Shown piece by piece: positions 7,493-15,675 of a DNA stretch of 32,000 nt. Numbering within the stretch: position 1 is the first letter of the stretch; every line of letters starts with the position of its first letter. The notes beneath the pieces were generated by a model. That model was not told where the DNA came from. It ran no database searches and was given only the letters and a program-made list of their open reading frames with translations. The translations under genes were made by a program, and so were the position numbers. Source of the DNA: Zestosphaera tikiterensis (lineage in GTDB: Archaea > Thermoproteota > Thermoprotei_A > Sulfolobales > NBVN01); contig NBVN01000004.1 in NCBI GenBank assembly GCA_003056265.1, positions 30,001 to 62,000 of the forward strand, read 5' to 3'.

Positions 7493-8529
7493 TGGTTATA
7501 GATAAGATAGGTAAGGGTATAGGGTTTATAGGTAGGAAGACGTCGGGTTTCGCACCTATAGTGGTAGAGTGGAGGAATGCTACACCGCAAGATATAGTTT
7601 GGAAGTTTCCGGAGGAGGTCATCCCGTGGGGATCTACAGTAATTGTTAAGGAGTGGGAAAGGGCTGTTTTCTACAGGGATGGTAAGGTTTACGGAGTTCT
7701 CGATCCGGGTAGGCATGTACTAGATACTCAAAATATACCTTTCCTTAAGGGGCTTATGGAGGGACTCTACGGCGAAAGCATATTTAAAGCTATGGTGATC
7801 TTCGTTAATATCAACAGGCTTCAAGGCAGGTTTGGAGGGCAAAGCCAAACTGTAGAGATCATCCCCGTAAAGTTCTACGGCAGTTACTACTACAGAGTTG
7901 CGGATCCCGCGCTGTTTGTGAATAAAGTCGTTGGGCCTGACAACAGGTTTACAACTGAGGAGTTAGACTCCTATATTAGAGGCTATTTCATGTCTAAACT
8001 TATTGGTTTTCTCGCACAGACTAGCATAAGGGATATTTACCAGAGGATCGATGAGGCGGGTAAGAGAGCTTTGTTTGTCTTAAGAAAGCCGTTTGAAGAG
8101 ATAGGACTCATGCTTGAGGACGTGGTTTTTGAGGGGTTAGATATACCTCCTGAGTATAGGGAGAGGATCTTCTGGTTGTTGCAAGGAACAACAGCTTCGT
8201 ATTTAGTTCAGCAGGAGACAGCAAGAAAGTTTGCTGAAGCTATAGAGAAGACTCAAGCTGGAGGGGCAGCTGTTGGGGCGGGTATTGTTGCGATTCCCTA
8301 CGCTTTTCAACCACCTCCACCATCGGCGCAGCAACCAACGCCAGGAGCCGCCGTAGGTGGGGTTACGACAGGCTATGTGGCTAGATGTCCCTATTGCGGA
8401 GGCACCCCTATCCCGCAAGGAGCTAAGTTCTGCCCGTACTGCGGCCATCAGATAAGGTGGTGTAGAAACGGTCACGTCGTTCCTTTAGAGGCTAGGTTCT
8501 GCCCGGTTTGTGGTGTGAGTGTTGAGTAG
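7492..8529 (+). CDS. SPFH/Band_7_1 (YdjI-like, COG4260-type) protein with a Pro/Ala/Gly linker and a C-terminal double zinc ribbon
   Basis: IVWKFPEEVIPWGSTVIVKEWERAVFYRDGKVYGVLDPGRHVLDTQNIPFL.. matches my memory of the 'virion core protein-like' SPFH family. The linker is QPPPPSAQQPTPGAAVGG. The C-terminus is CPYCG-x10-CPYCG..C..H..CPVCG. Confidence 0.7.
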   Translation: MVIDKIGKGIGFIGRKTSGFAPIVVEWRNATPQDIVWKFPEEVIPWGSTVIVKEWERAVFYRDGKVYGVLDPGRHVLDTQNIPFLKGLMEGLYGESIFKAMVIFVNINRLQGRFGGQSQTVEIIPVKFYGSYYYRVADPALFVNKVVGPDNRFTTEELDSYIRGYFMSKLIGFLAQTSIRDIYQRIDEAGKRALFVLRKPFEEIGLMLEDVVFEGLDIPPEYRERIFWLLQGTTASYLVQQETARKFAEAIEKTQAGGAAVGAGIVAIPYAFQPPPPSAQQPTPGAAVGGVTTGYVARCPYCGGTPIPQGAKFCPYCGHQIRWCRNGHVVPLEARFCPVCGVSVE

Positions 8530-9532
8530 TGATAGTGGTTTTAGGTGTGGTAGGTGTGGCGCACCTTTAGAAGTTTCCCCTGAGACTATAGTCTCCATAT
8601 GTTCGTACTGCGGTTACCCTAACTGGATTAGAGAGGATTTGAAAAGCGATATATACATAGTTGAAAACGTTGTTGAGGAGGAGGCTGTAAAAGCTGCAAG
8701 GAGGTATGTAGGGATCTCATCTATAGATAGACCTTTAACACTATTCATACCGTTCTACATTGTTGAAGCTAAGGCTGACGCAGACTACGAGGCTTTAGTG
8801 AGGGTTACTGTTCAGAAATGCGTGAGGGATAGTAGGGGTAGGACACGATGTATGTCGGAAAGTGTTAGGGTCAGCGTAGGTGGGGTTCTTAGAGGTTTCC
8901 ATCGCAGATACCCTATCGCCGCTAGGAAGGGGGTTAGAGGTAAAACCGTAGAGATATTATCTAAGTATATTTCATCGTCAAGTCTTAGAAGCATAAAGCT
9001 TAGCGAAGCAAACCTCGACAAAAGCAAATCAAGGTCTATATTAATGATAGATCTCTCACGCGATGACGTGAGGGATTTAGCGTTGGACAAGCATTTAGAC
9101 GCTCTACGTAAAAAAGTTGAGGATGAGATAACACGTGAGGCTAAGGTTAAAGCATCAATCCATGGTACGCCGGTATCCGCAAACATTTTGCGGAGGAGGA
9201 TAACGCCCAGAAACATAGATGTAATCATATCGACGCCTGTGTTAATTCCCCTATATATATTCGCTGACGAGGAAGGTAAGTATAAAGTTGTGTTGTCAGG
9301 GTGGGATTTAAAACCGTTGATATTGGAGAAGCCTGTGAGCTTCATATATAGGGCTGCTTGGTTTTCAGCGGGTGTTTTAGTGTCTGGTTTTGCTGGAGGT
9401 GTGGTTGGTTTCACATCTTTTTACGAGTTTAATCCGGTGCTTTCCTTAATAGCGATGGTTTTAGGTGGTGTTGGCTCTTGGTATTCAGTTAAGAAAGCTT
9501 TAAGACCCGTTAGGGTTGTAGTCGAGGTGTAG
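8519..9532 (+). CDS. Zn-ribbon protein with a soluble middle domain and a C-terminal two-helix membrane hairpin (paralog 1)
   Basis: GTG start overlapping the upstream stop by 11 nt. FRCGRCGAPLEVSPETIVSICSYCGYPN. C-terminal AAWFSAGVLVSGFAGGVVGF and VLSLIAMVLGGVGSWYSV. Confidence 0.65.
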   Translation: MLSSDSGFRCGRCGAPLEVSPETIVSICSYCGYPNWIREDLKSDIYIVENVVEEEAVKAARRYVGISSIDRPLTLFIPFYIVEAKADADYEALVRVTVQKCVRDSRGRTRCMSESVRVSVGGVLRGFHRRYPIAARKGVRGKTVEILSKYISSSSLRSIKLSEANLDKSKSRSILMIDLSRDDVRDLALDKHLDALRKKVEDEITREAKVKASIHGTPVSANILRRRITPRNIDVIISTPVLIPLYIFADEEGKYKVVLSGWDLKPLILEKPVSFIYRAAWFSAGVLVSGFAGGVVGFTSFYEFNPVLSLIAMVLGGVGSWYSVKKALRPVRVVVEV

Positions 9533-9538
9533 CTCTGT

Positions 9539-10477
9539 ATGTCTGCTGCGGGTGTTAACGTTAAATGCCCGTATTGCGGTGCTGAATACAGCGTTCCTAG
9601 GAGTGTTACGTATGCTACATGCCCTTACTGTGGAACTACATTTAAGTTAAATAACCCTGGTGAGAAGGTAGATCATTATTTATTTAAGGTGTTTATAGAT
9701 GATCAGAGAGCGTTTAGCCTTGTTAAGTCCTTTAGCTCTCAACAGGTCGGTGCTGAGAAGAGTGTTGTTAGCGAGGCTAGTTTTACTTCTTCAAAGCTTT
9801 TCTACATACCTATATACCTATATGAGGTTAAGGTAAAGGCCTTATGCAGAGATGGTAGTAGCGATTTTCACGGAGGTGAGTCTTACAACCAATACGTAGT
9901 TGCTGCTGTCGATGAACTACCTATAACGTTACCTAGAGGTTATGGCTTCCCAGCTAGGGGGAGGGAGTATTTCAAGCCTTCTATATCTAGAAACTATGTA
10001 TACCTACAACCGCTTAAAGACCCTACAGCAGTGTTTGAAGAGTTGAAAAGAGGGGATATTAATGAAGCTTTAAGTGAGGCTAGGGAGGCGTGTCCTTCAT
10101 CCAATATAGAGCTTGTTGACGAATCTAGGTATGTTGGCTTAGCGCATTATCCGTTTTGGGAGATAGAGTATTCCTATAGGAATGAAGTATTTAAAGCTGT
10201 TGTTGACGCAAGCGACGGAACTATAGTGTATCTAGAGTACCCGTTAAGTATGAAAAACTCTTTTAAAGCGTTAGTCGGGGTTTTTACAGGCGCTATCACC
10301 GCGAGTTTAATCGGCGCTATGATAGCAACACAAAACAGCACAGCCCTTATAGGAGGTATAGCTAGCTTTATAACGTTTACTCCAGCACTATATATTTCAC
10401 TGTCGGCGTTTTTGAAGAGGAAAGGTAGGTATACATACAACCCTAAAGAAGAAGCGGAGTTCTTACCAACTAGATAA
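9539..10477 (+). CDS. Zn-ribbon protein with a soluble middle domain and a C-terminal two-helix membrane hairpin (paralog 2)
   Basis: VKCPYCGAEYSVPRSVTYATCPYCGTTF. PepSY-like FWEIEYSYRNEVFKAVVDASDGTIVYLEYP. C-terminal LVGVFTGAITASLIGAMIA and LIGGIASFITFTPALYISLSAFL. Lies 6 nt after paralog 1. Confidence 0.65.
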   Translation: MSAAGVNVKCPYCGAEYSVPRSVTYATCPYCGTTFKLNNPGEKVDHYLFKVFIDDQRAFSLVKSFSSQQVGAEKSVVSEASFTSSKLFYIPIYLYEVKVKALCRDGSSDFHGGESYNQYVVAAVDELPITLPRGYGFPARGREYFKPSISRNYVYLQPLKDPTAVFEELKRGDINEALSEAREACPSSNIELVDESRYVGLAHYPFWEIEYSYRNEVFKAVVDASDGTIVYLEYPLSMKNSFKALVGVFTGAITASLIGAMIATQNSTALIGGIASFITFTPALYISLSAFLKRKGRYTYNPKEEAEFLPTR

Positions 10478-10636
10478 CTTAAAGAGAAATGAAATGTGAT
10501 ATAAACAAAATATTTTGGATTATCAAACGATTGAATTAAACGAAGTGAATGTAGGCTTCATCCACTGTAGATATTATAGATAGAGATATTATTATTTATA
10601 AGTATCTTATATTGAAGATGTTTTCTCTATTTGGAG

Positions 10637-10711
10637 CGCCGCGGCCGGGATTTGAACCCGGGTCACGGGCTCGACAGGCCCGCATACTGGGCCGGGCTAT
10701 ACTACCGCGGC
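10637..10711 (-). tRNA. tRNA-Asp (anticodon GUC); no intron, CCA not encoded
   Basis: The reverse complement folds as a cloverleaf: acceptor GCCGCGG/CCGCGGC, D arm GTAT..GTAT, anticodon stem CGGGC/GCCCG with loop CTGTCGA (GTC), T arm CCGGG-TTCAAAT-CCCGG, discriminator G. Confidence 0.95.
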
Positions 10712-10735
10712 TCCAATTATTTAGGAGTGGTGGGG

Positions 10736-10744
10736 TTTTATAAG
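10736..10744 (-). promoter_or_regulatory. TATA box for tRNA-Asp
   Basis: The minus strand reads cttataaaa, centred about 29 nt upstream of the tRNA 5' end at 10711. Confidence 0.5.
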
Positions 10745-10746
10745 CT

Positions 10747-10935
10747 TTATTTCTGGTTGTTTGAGTTTTGAGTTTGCATGTTTTCGTATTTTACTTTGAT
10801 TCTGTAGGTTAGGTATTTATCGTTTGGTGAGTATTTGGGTGGATGTGCTGTTACTGTTTCGGCTCCGCAAGCGGGGCATTTAGTTTTTAAGGTGTATTTA
10901 CCGCATTTTACACATTTCCTAATTAGGAACTTCAT
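10747..10935 (-). CDS. nop10: H/ACA ribonucleoprotein subunit Nop10
   Basis: RKCVKCGKYTLKTKCPACGAETVTAHPPKYSPNDKYLTYR is the canonical Nop10 zinc ribbon plus the AHPP.FSP.D.Y motif. Confidence 0.9.
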   Translation of the reverse strand: MKFLIRKCVKCGKYTLKTKCPACGAETVTAHPPKYSPNDKYLTYRIKVKYENMQTQNSNNQK

Positions 10936-11747
10936 TAAGGTTTCTCCCTTTGGAATGTGAAGTTAACGCCTAGTTTCTTAGCTGTTTTGGCCATCGAATC
11001 TATTAAGTTGTTTAAGACTTTCTCAGCTGTTTTATAGTCTTGAGCAACTACCTCTATGGCGTATCGTGGGGCGCCTAACGTATATATCTTTACAGAAGCT
11101 TCATCAACGTTTAACGCTTCGTTTAAAGGCTTTGTTAAAACCTCCTTAACCTTATCCACTCCGTCCGGCGCCGTTGAAGTTACTGTGGCTACACCTCTAA
11201 CGCTTACCCTCTTAGGCTTGATATGCTTTCTAACCTCCTCAACTACGGCGGGAATCCATTCATCAGGTATTCCTAAACCGCGGAGGGCGTCTTCACCTCT
11301 AACCGCGACTTCCTCAAATCCTTTGAATATCTCCCCGTAAGCGTCCTCTAACTTCCAACCTACCTCCCTATAAGCATCCTCTAAAGACCTCCCTAACTTC
11401 TGAGCTATAACTTCCAGCATCTTCTCAGCACGCTGCTCACGTTTAAACTCTACCATCTTACTTCTTTGCTCAACGTCTGAAACCCTCTTTAAAGACACGT
11501 CAATATGTCCTTTCCTCCTATCAACCCTAATAACCTTAACAACGACTTTCTGACCTTCCTTAAGAACCTCACTTATATCCTTAACCCACTTGGAACTAAC
11601 TTCAGACCACGGAAGGTAAGCCTCAATGTCGTTGTACTCATCAAGTTTTAAGTAAGCTCCATACTCAAAGATCTTATTAACGGTACCTACGACCAACTCA
11701 CCAACTGAAGGCATGTCCTCCCTTCTTCTAACCAAAGAAGAAATCAC
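10935..11747 (-). CDS. eif2a: Translation initiation factor 2 alpha subunit (aIF2alpha)
   Basis: N-terminal S1 domain (GELVVGTVNKIFEYGAYLKLDEY..IEAYLPWSEVSSKWVKDI). About 270 aa. Conserved position between S27e and Nop10. Confidence 0.9.
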   Translation of the reverse strand: MISSLVRRREDMPSVGELVVGTVNKIFEYGAYLKLDEYNDIEAYLPWSEVSSKWVKDISEVLKEGQKVVVKVIRVDRRKGHIDVSLKRVSDVEQRSKMVEFKREQRAEKMLEVIAQKLGRSLEDAYREVGWKLEDAYGEIFKGFEEVAVRGEDALRGLGIPDEWIPAVVEEVRKHIKPKRVSVRGVATVTSTAPDGVDKVKEVLTKPLNEALNVDEASVKIYTLGAPRYAIEVVAQDYKTAEKVLNNLIDSMAKTAKKLGVNFTFQREKP

Positions 11748-11754
11748 CTAAACG

Positions 11755-11952
11755 TTAACTTAATATCTTAATAACGTCACCTAAAACCTCAGCCTTACCG
11801 CCAGTAGGCTTCACTAGCTGAGTGCCGCAGATTAAACATCTAACTGGGAAGGTTGCGTGATCGAACACTATCTGTTCATTACCACACGAGGGGCATTTAA
11901 TCTTCAGGAATTTAGACCTAGGCATAGGTATTAATACTTTAGACCTCTTCAT
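11755..11952 (-). CDS. rps27e: Ribosomal protein S27e (eS27)
   Basis: [36 protein letters not shown] zinc ribbon. 65 aa. Confidence 0.9.
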   Translation of the reverse strand: MKRSKVLIPMPRSKFLKIKCPSCGNEQIVFDHATFPVRCLICGTQLVKPTGGKAEVLGDVIKILS

Positions 11953-12242
11953 GCTCCCTTAACCACCTCAGCCATTTCAGCCTTCTTTAACCTAATACCC
12001 TCCCTATGACTTATATAGCCACATACACTACACTTTAACTTAAGAACTACCTTCTTAGTTGTTTTGGCGAATCTCTTCTGCTCAGGCTTTCTCTTGCTGC
12101 CATAACCTAAGTTCTTCCTATCATATCTCCTCTGACCTTCAGCTAAAGACCTCCTCTTACCTCCCTTATACAAGGTAACCGAATGCTCTGTATGCTTCTT
12201 ACACCTCGGGCAATACGTGTTAAGCTTCTTAGGTATCTTCAC
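11949..12242 (-). CDS. rpl44e: Ribosomal protein L44e (eL42)
   Basis: [50 protein letters not shown]. Overlaps the S27e start by 4 nt. Confidence 0.9.
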   Translation of the reverse strand: MKIPKKLNTYCPRCKKHTEHSVTLYKGGKRRSLAEGQRRYDRKNLGYGSKRKPEQKRFAKTTKKVVLKLKCSVCGYISHREGIRLKKAEMAEVVKGA

Positions 12243-12276
12243 GTTCCCCCACCTAAGTTATCTAGTCTTTAAAACC

Positions 12277-12576
12277 CTAAATAGTTTTCTTAGGCACGGA
12301 TTTACGCTCTTCTTCAGACCTAACCTTAACTATACCTAAAAACACAGCACAACTCACACAGTAACATTTAGTCACCGGATATCTAGCTATTATAGCACCT
12401 TTTTTCTCAAGCTCCGCAGCTAACTGAGGATCAACCGGTGAGTACCACCTAGTAACGCATATAGCCTTATCCTCAGGAACCATCCTACCGCATTGATCGC
12501 ATTGAACTAACTTAACAGATCCTTTACTACCTTTACGTCGTCCTCTACTTTCCCTCTTCTTCGTCACTTCAAACAC
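12277..12576 (-). CDS. rps26e: Ribosomal protein S26e (eS26)
   Basis: KKRESRGRRKGSKGSVKLVQCDQCGRMVPEDKAI...CYCVSCAV is characteristic of eS26. GTG start. Confidence 0.8.
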   Translation of the reverse strand: MFEVTKKRESRGRRKGSKGSVKLVQCDQCGRMVPEDKAICVTRWYSPVDPQLAAELEKKGAIIARYPVTKCYCVSCAVFLGIVKVRSEEERKSVPKKTI

Positions 12577-12650
12577 CTATAGGTAGTGAATTACACCCTT
12601 ATTAATATTTATGAAGCGTATTTAAGCGAATTAACTAACAGCATTACAAA

Positions 12651-12725
12651 AGGTCTTACAACTGAAAGCCTCGCCTCTTTAGGGCGGGGAGGAGGTCAGA
12701 AACAATCAGGACATGTAAGCTTTTA
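12651..12725 (+). ncRNA. Candidate small RNA (element B), paralog of the element at 1553-1628
   Basis: AGGTCTTACAACTGAAAGCC (15 nt, ttacaactgaaagcc, identical to element A), then a 7-bp hairpin 12669-12675/12683-12689 (with a T-G wobble valid only on + strand RNA), then AGGAGGT. It starts about 25 nt downstream of tatttaag (12619-12626), and a T-run follows at 12721-12724. Confidence 0.35.
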
Positions 12726-12776
12726 TACGATGAAGAAGTGGTTGAAGAGTTATAAGTTTCTGCTTTCTTAAGGTTA

Positions 12777-14246
12777 ATGGGTGTTAAGTTGAGTAGCGCG
12801 TTCGTATATAGAGATTTAGGCCGAAGCTTTAGCGAGTGGTTTGACTGGGTTTTAAGTGAGGCTGAGATCTATGATTACGGGCGATATCCAGCTAAAGGTG
12901 TTGGCGTATGGATGCCCTACGGATTCAAGCTTAGGAGCAACGTAATCAACTTAATACGTAGCTTACTTGACGCCACAGGACATGAGGAGATATTGCTGCC
13001 ATTGTTAATACCTGAGAATATACTAGCTAAGGAATCAGAGCACGTTAAAGGTTTTGAAGATCAGGTCTACTGGGTCACGCACGGCGGGCTTGAACCTCTA
13101 GACGTTAAGCTTGCTTTAAGACCGACCAGCGAAACCTCACTTACCTATATGGAATCCTACTGGATTAAAAGTTATAAGCAACTACCTAAGAAATACTATC
13201 AAGTAGTGAGTATCTTTAGATATGAAACTAAAGCTACCAGAGCCATGTTGAGAGTTAGGGAGGTAACGACATTTAAAGAAGCCCATACAGTACATGAAGA
13301 CTTCATGGATTCTGAAAGGCAAGTTCTTGAAGCAGTAAACATTTACAGTAAGTTTTTTGATGAGTTAGGAATACCTTACTTAATATCTAAAAGACCTGAA
13401 TGGGATAAATTCGCCGGAGCTTTATACACCATAGCATTCGATACCTTAATGCCTGATGGGAGGGCGTTGCAGATAGGTACAGTTCATAACTTAGGTCAGA
13501 ACTTCACTAAAGCTTTCGAGGTTAAGATACAGAAGAGAGATGAGACCATTGATTACGCGTGGCAAACATCATACGGGATTTCCGAGAGGGTTATAGCTTC
13601 GTTACTAAGCGTGCATGGGGATTCCGATGGAGCCGTTCTACCGTTTCATATAGCACCCATTCAAGTAGTTGTGATACCCATACCATCTCAAGATGCGGAG
13701 GTTAAGAAGGCTGTAGTTGAAAAGGCTTTAAACGTAGCTGAGACTCTAAAGAAACATAGCCTAAGGGTTTACGTAGATTTAGACGAGGATAAAGTACCTG
13801 CTGAGAAGTTCAGATATTGGGAGCTACGTGGTGTGCCCATAAGAGTTGATTTAGGCCCTAAGGAAATCGCGGAGAACGTAGCTACAGTGGTTAGACGCGA
13901 TACTAAAGCTAAGGTTAAAATCAGGATTGAGGACCTACCTCAAGAAATCGTTAAGTTGGGCAGCGAATTAACGGATAATTTAAGGAGGAGGGCTTGGGAG
14001 GCGTTTAAGCAACGGATAAGAACAGTTAAGACTTTAGAGGAGATAGAGAATCTTATGGATTCAGGCGCATGCGTTGTTGAAGTGCCTTGGTGTGGCGATA
14101 GAGGGTGTTGCGATGTTATATCCAGTAAGTTTGGAGTTGAGGCTCTGGGAACCCCGTTGGAAGGCACGTCCTTAAGAGATCATGATACATGCCCCGTATG
14201 TGGTAGGAAAGCAGTAACTTTCATGAGGTACGCTAGGAAATACTAG
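12777..14246 (+). CDS. proS: Prolyl-tRNA synthetase (archaeal/eukaryal-type class IIa)
   Basis: [48 protein letters not shown] (motif 2), a C-terminal anticodon-binding domain and a Zn-binding tail ending in ..YARKY. Confidence 0.93.
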   Translation: MGVKLSSAFVYRDLGRSFSEWFDWVLSEAEIYDYGRYPAKGVGVWMPYGFKLRSNVINLIRSLLDATGHEEILLPLLIPENILAKESEHVKGFEDQVYWVTHGGLEPLDVKLALRPTSETSLTYMESYWIKSYKQLPKKYYQVVSIFRYETKATRAMLRVREVTTFKEAHTVHEDFMDSERQVLEAVNIYSKFFDELGIPYLISKRPEWDKFAGALYTIAFDTLMPDGRALQIGTVHNLGQNFTKAFEVKIQKRDETIDYAWQTSYGISERVIASLLSVHGDSDGAVLPFHIAPIQVVVIPIPSQDAEVKKAVVEKALNVAETLKKHSLRVYVDLDEDKVPAEKFRYWELRGVPIRVDLGPKEIAENVATVVRRDTKAKVKIRIEDLPQEIVKLGSELTDNLRRRAWEAFKQRIRTVKTLEEIENLMDSGACVVEVPWCGDRGCCDVISSKFGVEALGTPLEGTSLRDHDTCPVCGRKAVTFMRYARKY

Positions 14247-14291
14247 CTCATCTTCCGTCTAATTTTCTTAATTATAAACGTTTTTAAGGTT

Positions 14292-14621
14292 ATGAACTCA
14301 GTAATTCTAGGTGTGGATGCGGTGGTCAAAGCACCTCAAGGATACAGACATAGAACCAGGAAACTCTTAAAGAAGGATGTAAGGGAGAGAGGGGCAATAC
14401 CTCCGTTAAGTCAAGTAATGCGTGAGTATAAAGAAGGTGATAAGGTTTTCATAGTTCCTAATCCAGCAATACATGACGCGTTACCGCATAGAAGATACAT
14501 AGGTAAAGTAGGTACTATAATCGGTAGAAGAGGAAGGGCTTACTTAGTTGAGGTTTACCTAGGAGATAAGAAAAAAACTTTAATAACATATCCAGAGCAT
14601 TTAAAGCCTGCGAGTGCGTGA
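14292..14621 (+). CDS. rpl21e: Ribosomal protein L21e (eL21)
   Basis: APQGYRHRTRKLLKKDVRERG..KEGDKVFIVPNPAIH. The true start is probably GTG 14322 (MVKAPQGYR..), which lies 8 nt after AGGTG. Confidence 0.9.
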   Translation: MNSVILGVDAVVKAPQGYRHRTRKLLKKDVRERGAIPPLSQVMREYKEGDKVFIVPNPAIHDALPHRRYIGKVGTIIGRRGRAYLVEVYLGDKKKTLITYPEHLKPASA

Positions 14622-14950
14622 GAGTAATGCGGATTAAAAGTTATAGGAACGTAACTTACGATACTGTAATCAGGATTATCGAAGACTTAAAGTCTAAAGG
14701 CATAGAGTTAGACAGCCTTAGCATAAGAGTTTCTGAATACCTACATAAATTCACTAAATGCGATAAAGGTGAGGAGTTAGTTAAGGCTCTGACAGAGAAA
14801 GGTCTGAATGAAATCACCTCCGTTATGATAGCTAATATAGTTCCTAAAAACATCGATGAGTTAAGGTCTTTACTGAATTTTGAGACTCAAACTTTTAACG
14901 AAGAGAAACTGAACGAGATACTCGCATTAGTTAACAGCTTTTGTGGTTAA
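14618..14950 (+). CDS. rpoF: DNA-directed RNA polymerase subunit F (Rpo4)
   Basis: About 110 aa, helical. EYLHKFTKCDKGEELVKAL..IANIVPKNIDELRSLL matches the Rpo4 pattern. Conserved L21e-RpoF-DUF655 order. ATGA-type overlap with the L21e stop. Confidence 0.75.
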   Translation: MRVMRIKSYRNVTYDTVIRIIEDLKSKGIELDSLSIRVSEYLHKFTKCDKGEELVKALTEKGLNEITSVMIANIVPKNIDELRSLLNFETQTFNEEKLNEILALVNSFCG

Positions 14951-14982
14951 GCTCCTGATTTAATTAAAAGGAGGTACACCTT

Positions 14983-15660
14983 ATGAACGATAAACATTAT
15001 ACTCCTAGGGAAGATAAAAGAGTAATAAGGGAGGATTATGCGATAGTACTAGATTTCATGCCTGGAGGCAACCCCATCGATAGACACCATCCTTCACATA
15101 GAACCAAACCCTTAGCTCAAGCTGTAGGTGATAGGTACTTCACCTTAGTGGAGTTCCACCCAAAACCCGGTGTCTCAGTTTCTCAGGGGGAGAAAGTATT
15201 AATTAGCTTTAGAATGCGTGAGTTAAGAGATAAGGTAGGTTTCGTATGGGGTGAACCACTGGTTTACGAGGACCTCACAGGCGTTGCTAAGTCTTACCTA
15301 CCGGAAGCTCTTAGAAACATAGTGCTTGAGAAAGAGAAAGTATTCGTAACTTTTTTTAATATAGCCGCGCCTTTAACTATAAAACTTCACTCGTTGGAGT
15401 TAATCCCTAACATAGGCAAGAAAACCATGTGGACTATCATTGAGGAAAGGAAAAAACCTTTCGAATCTTTTCAAGACATTCAATCAAGAGCTAAAATACC
15501 TGATGTCGTCTCCCTCATTGTTGAGAGGCTTCTTAAAGAGATTAAAGGTGAGGAAAGAATATACCTCTTCGTCGATCCACCACCTAACGTTCAAAACGCT
15601 ATAGTGGTGGGTTATCTCCATAGAATCTACGGACTCTTAGAAAGGGAAGGACTTATTTAA
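14983..15660 (+). CDS. DUF655-family putative RNA-binding protein (OB fold plus helix-hairpin-helix)
   Basis: EDYAIVLDFMPGGNP... N-terminus and ..IPNIGKKTMWTIIEER..FESFQDIQSR HhH region. AAGGAGGT Shine-Dalgarno sequence upstream. Confidence 0.7.
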   Translation: MNDKHYTPREDKRVIREDYAIVLDFMPGGNPIDRHHPSHRTKPLAQAVGDRYFTLVEFHPKPGVSVSQGEKVLISFRMRELRDKVGFVWGEPLVYEDLTGVAKSYLPEALRNIVLEKEKVFVTFFNIAAPLTIKLHSLELIPNIGKKTMWTIIEERKKPFESFQDIQSRAKIPDVVSLIVERLLKEIKGEERIYLFVDPPPNVQNAIVVGYLHRIYGLLEREGLI

Positions 15661-15675
15661 GAGCTAACCTAATAC

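Noticed and set aside
8812-9414. 200-aa minus-strand ORF inside Zn-ribbon paralog 1
   Set aside because: It is long, but it has an S/L/T-rich, low-complexity antisense composition. The + strand ORF carries the CxxC ribbon and TM hairpin and is translationally coupled to its neighbours.
10478-10746. tRNA-Asp as an integration site for a mobile element
   Set aside because: There is no integrase. I found no direct repeat of the tRNA 3' half (ccgggatttgaaccc occurs once). Flanking genes on both sides are core or conserved genes.
12586-12771. 61-aa + strand ORF in the rps26e/proS spacer
   Set aside because: It runs across both promoters and the conserved hairpin element B. The composition is not protein-like, and the RNA or regulatory reading explains the sequence better.
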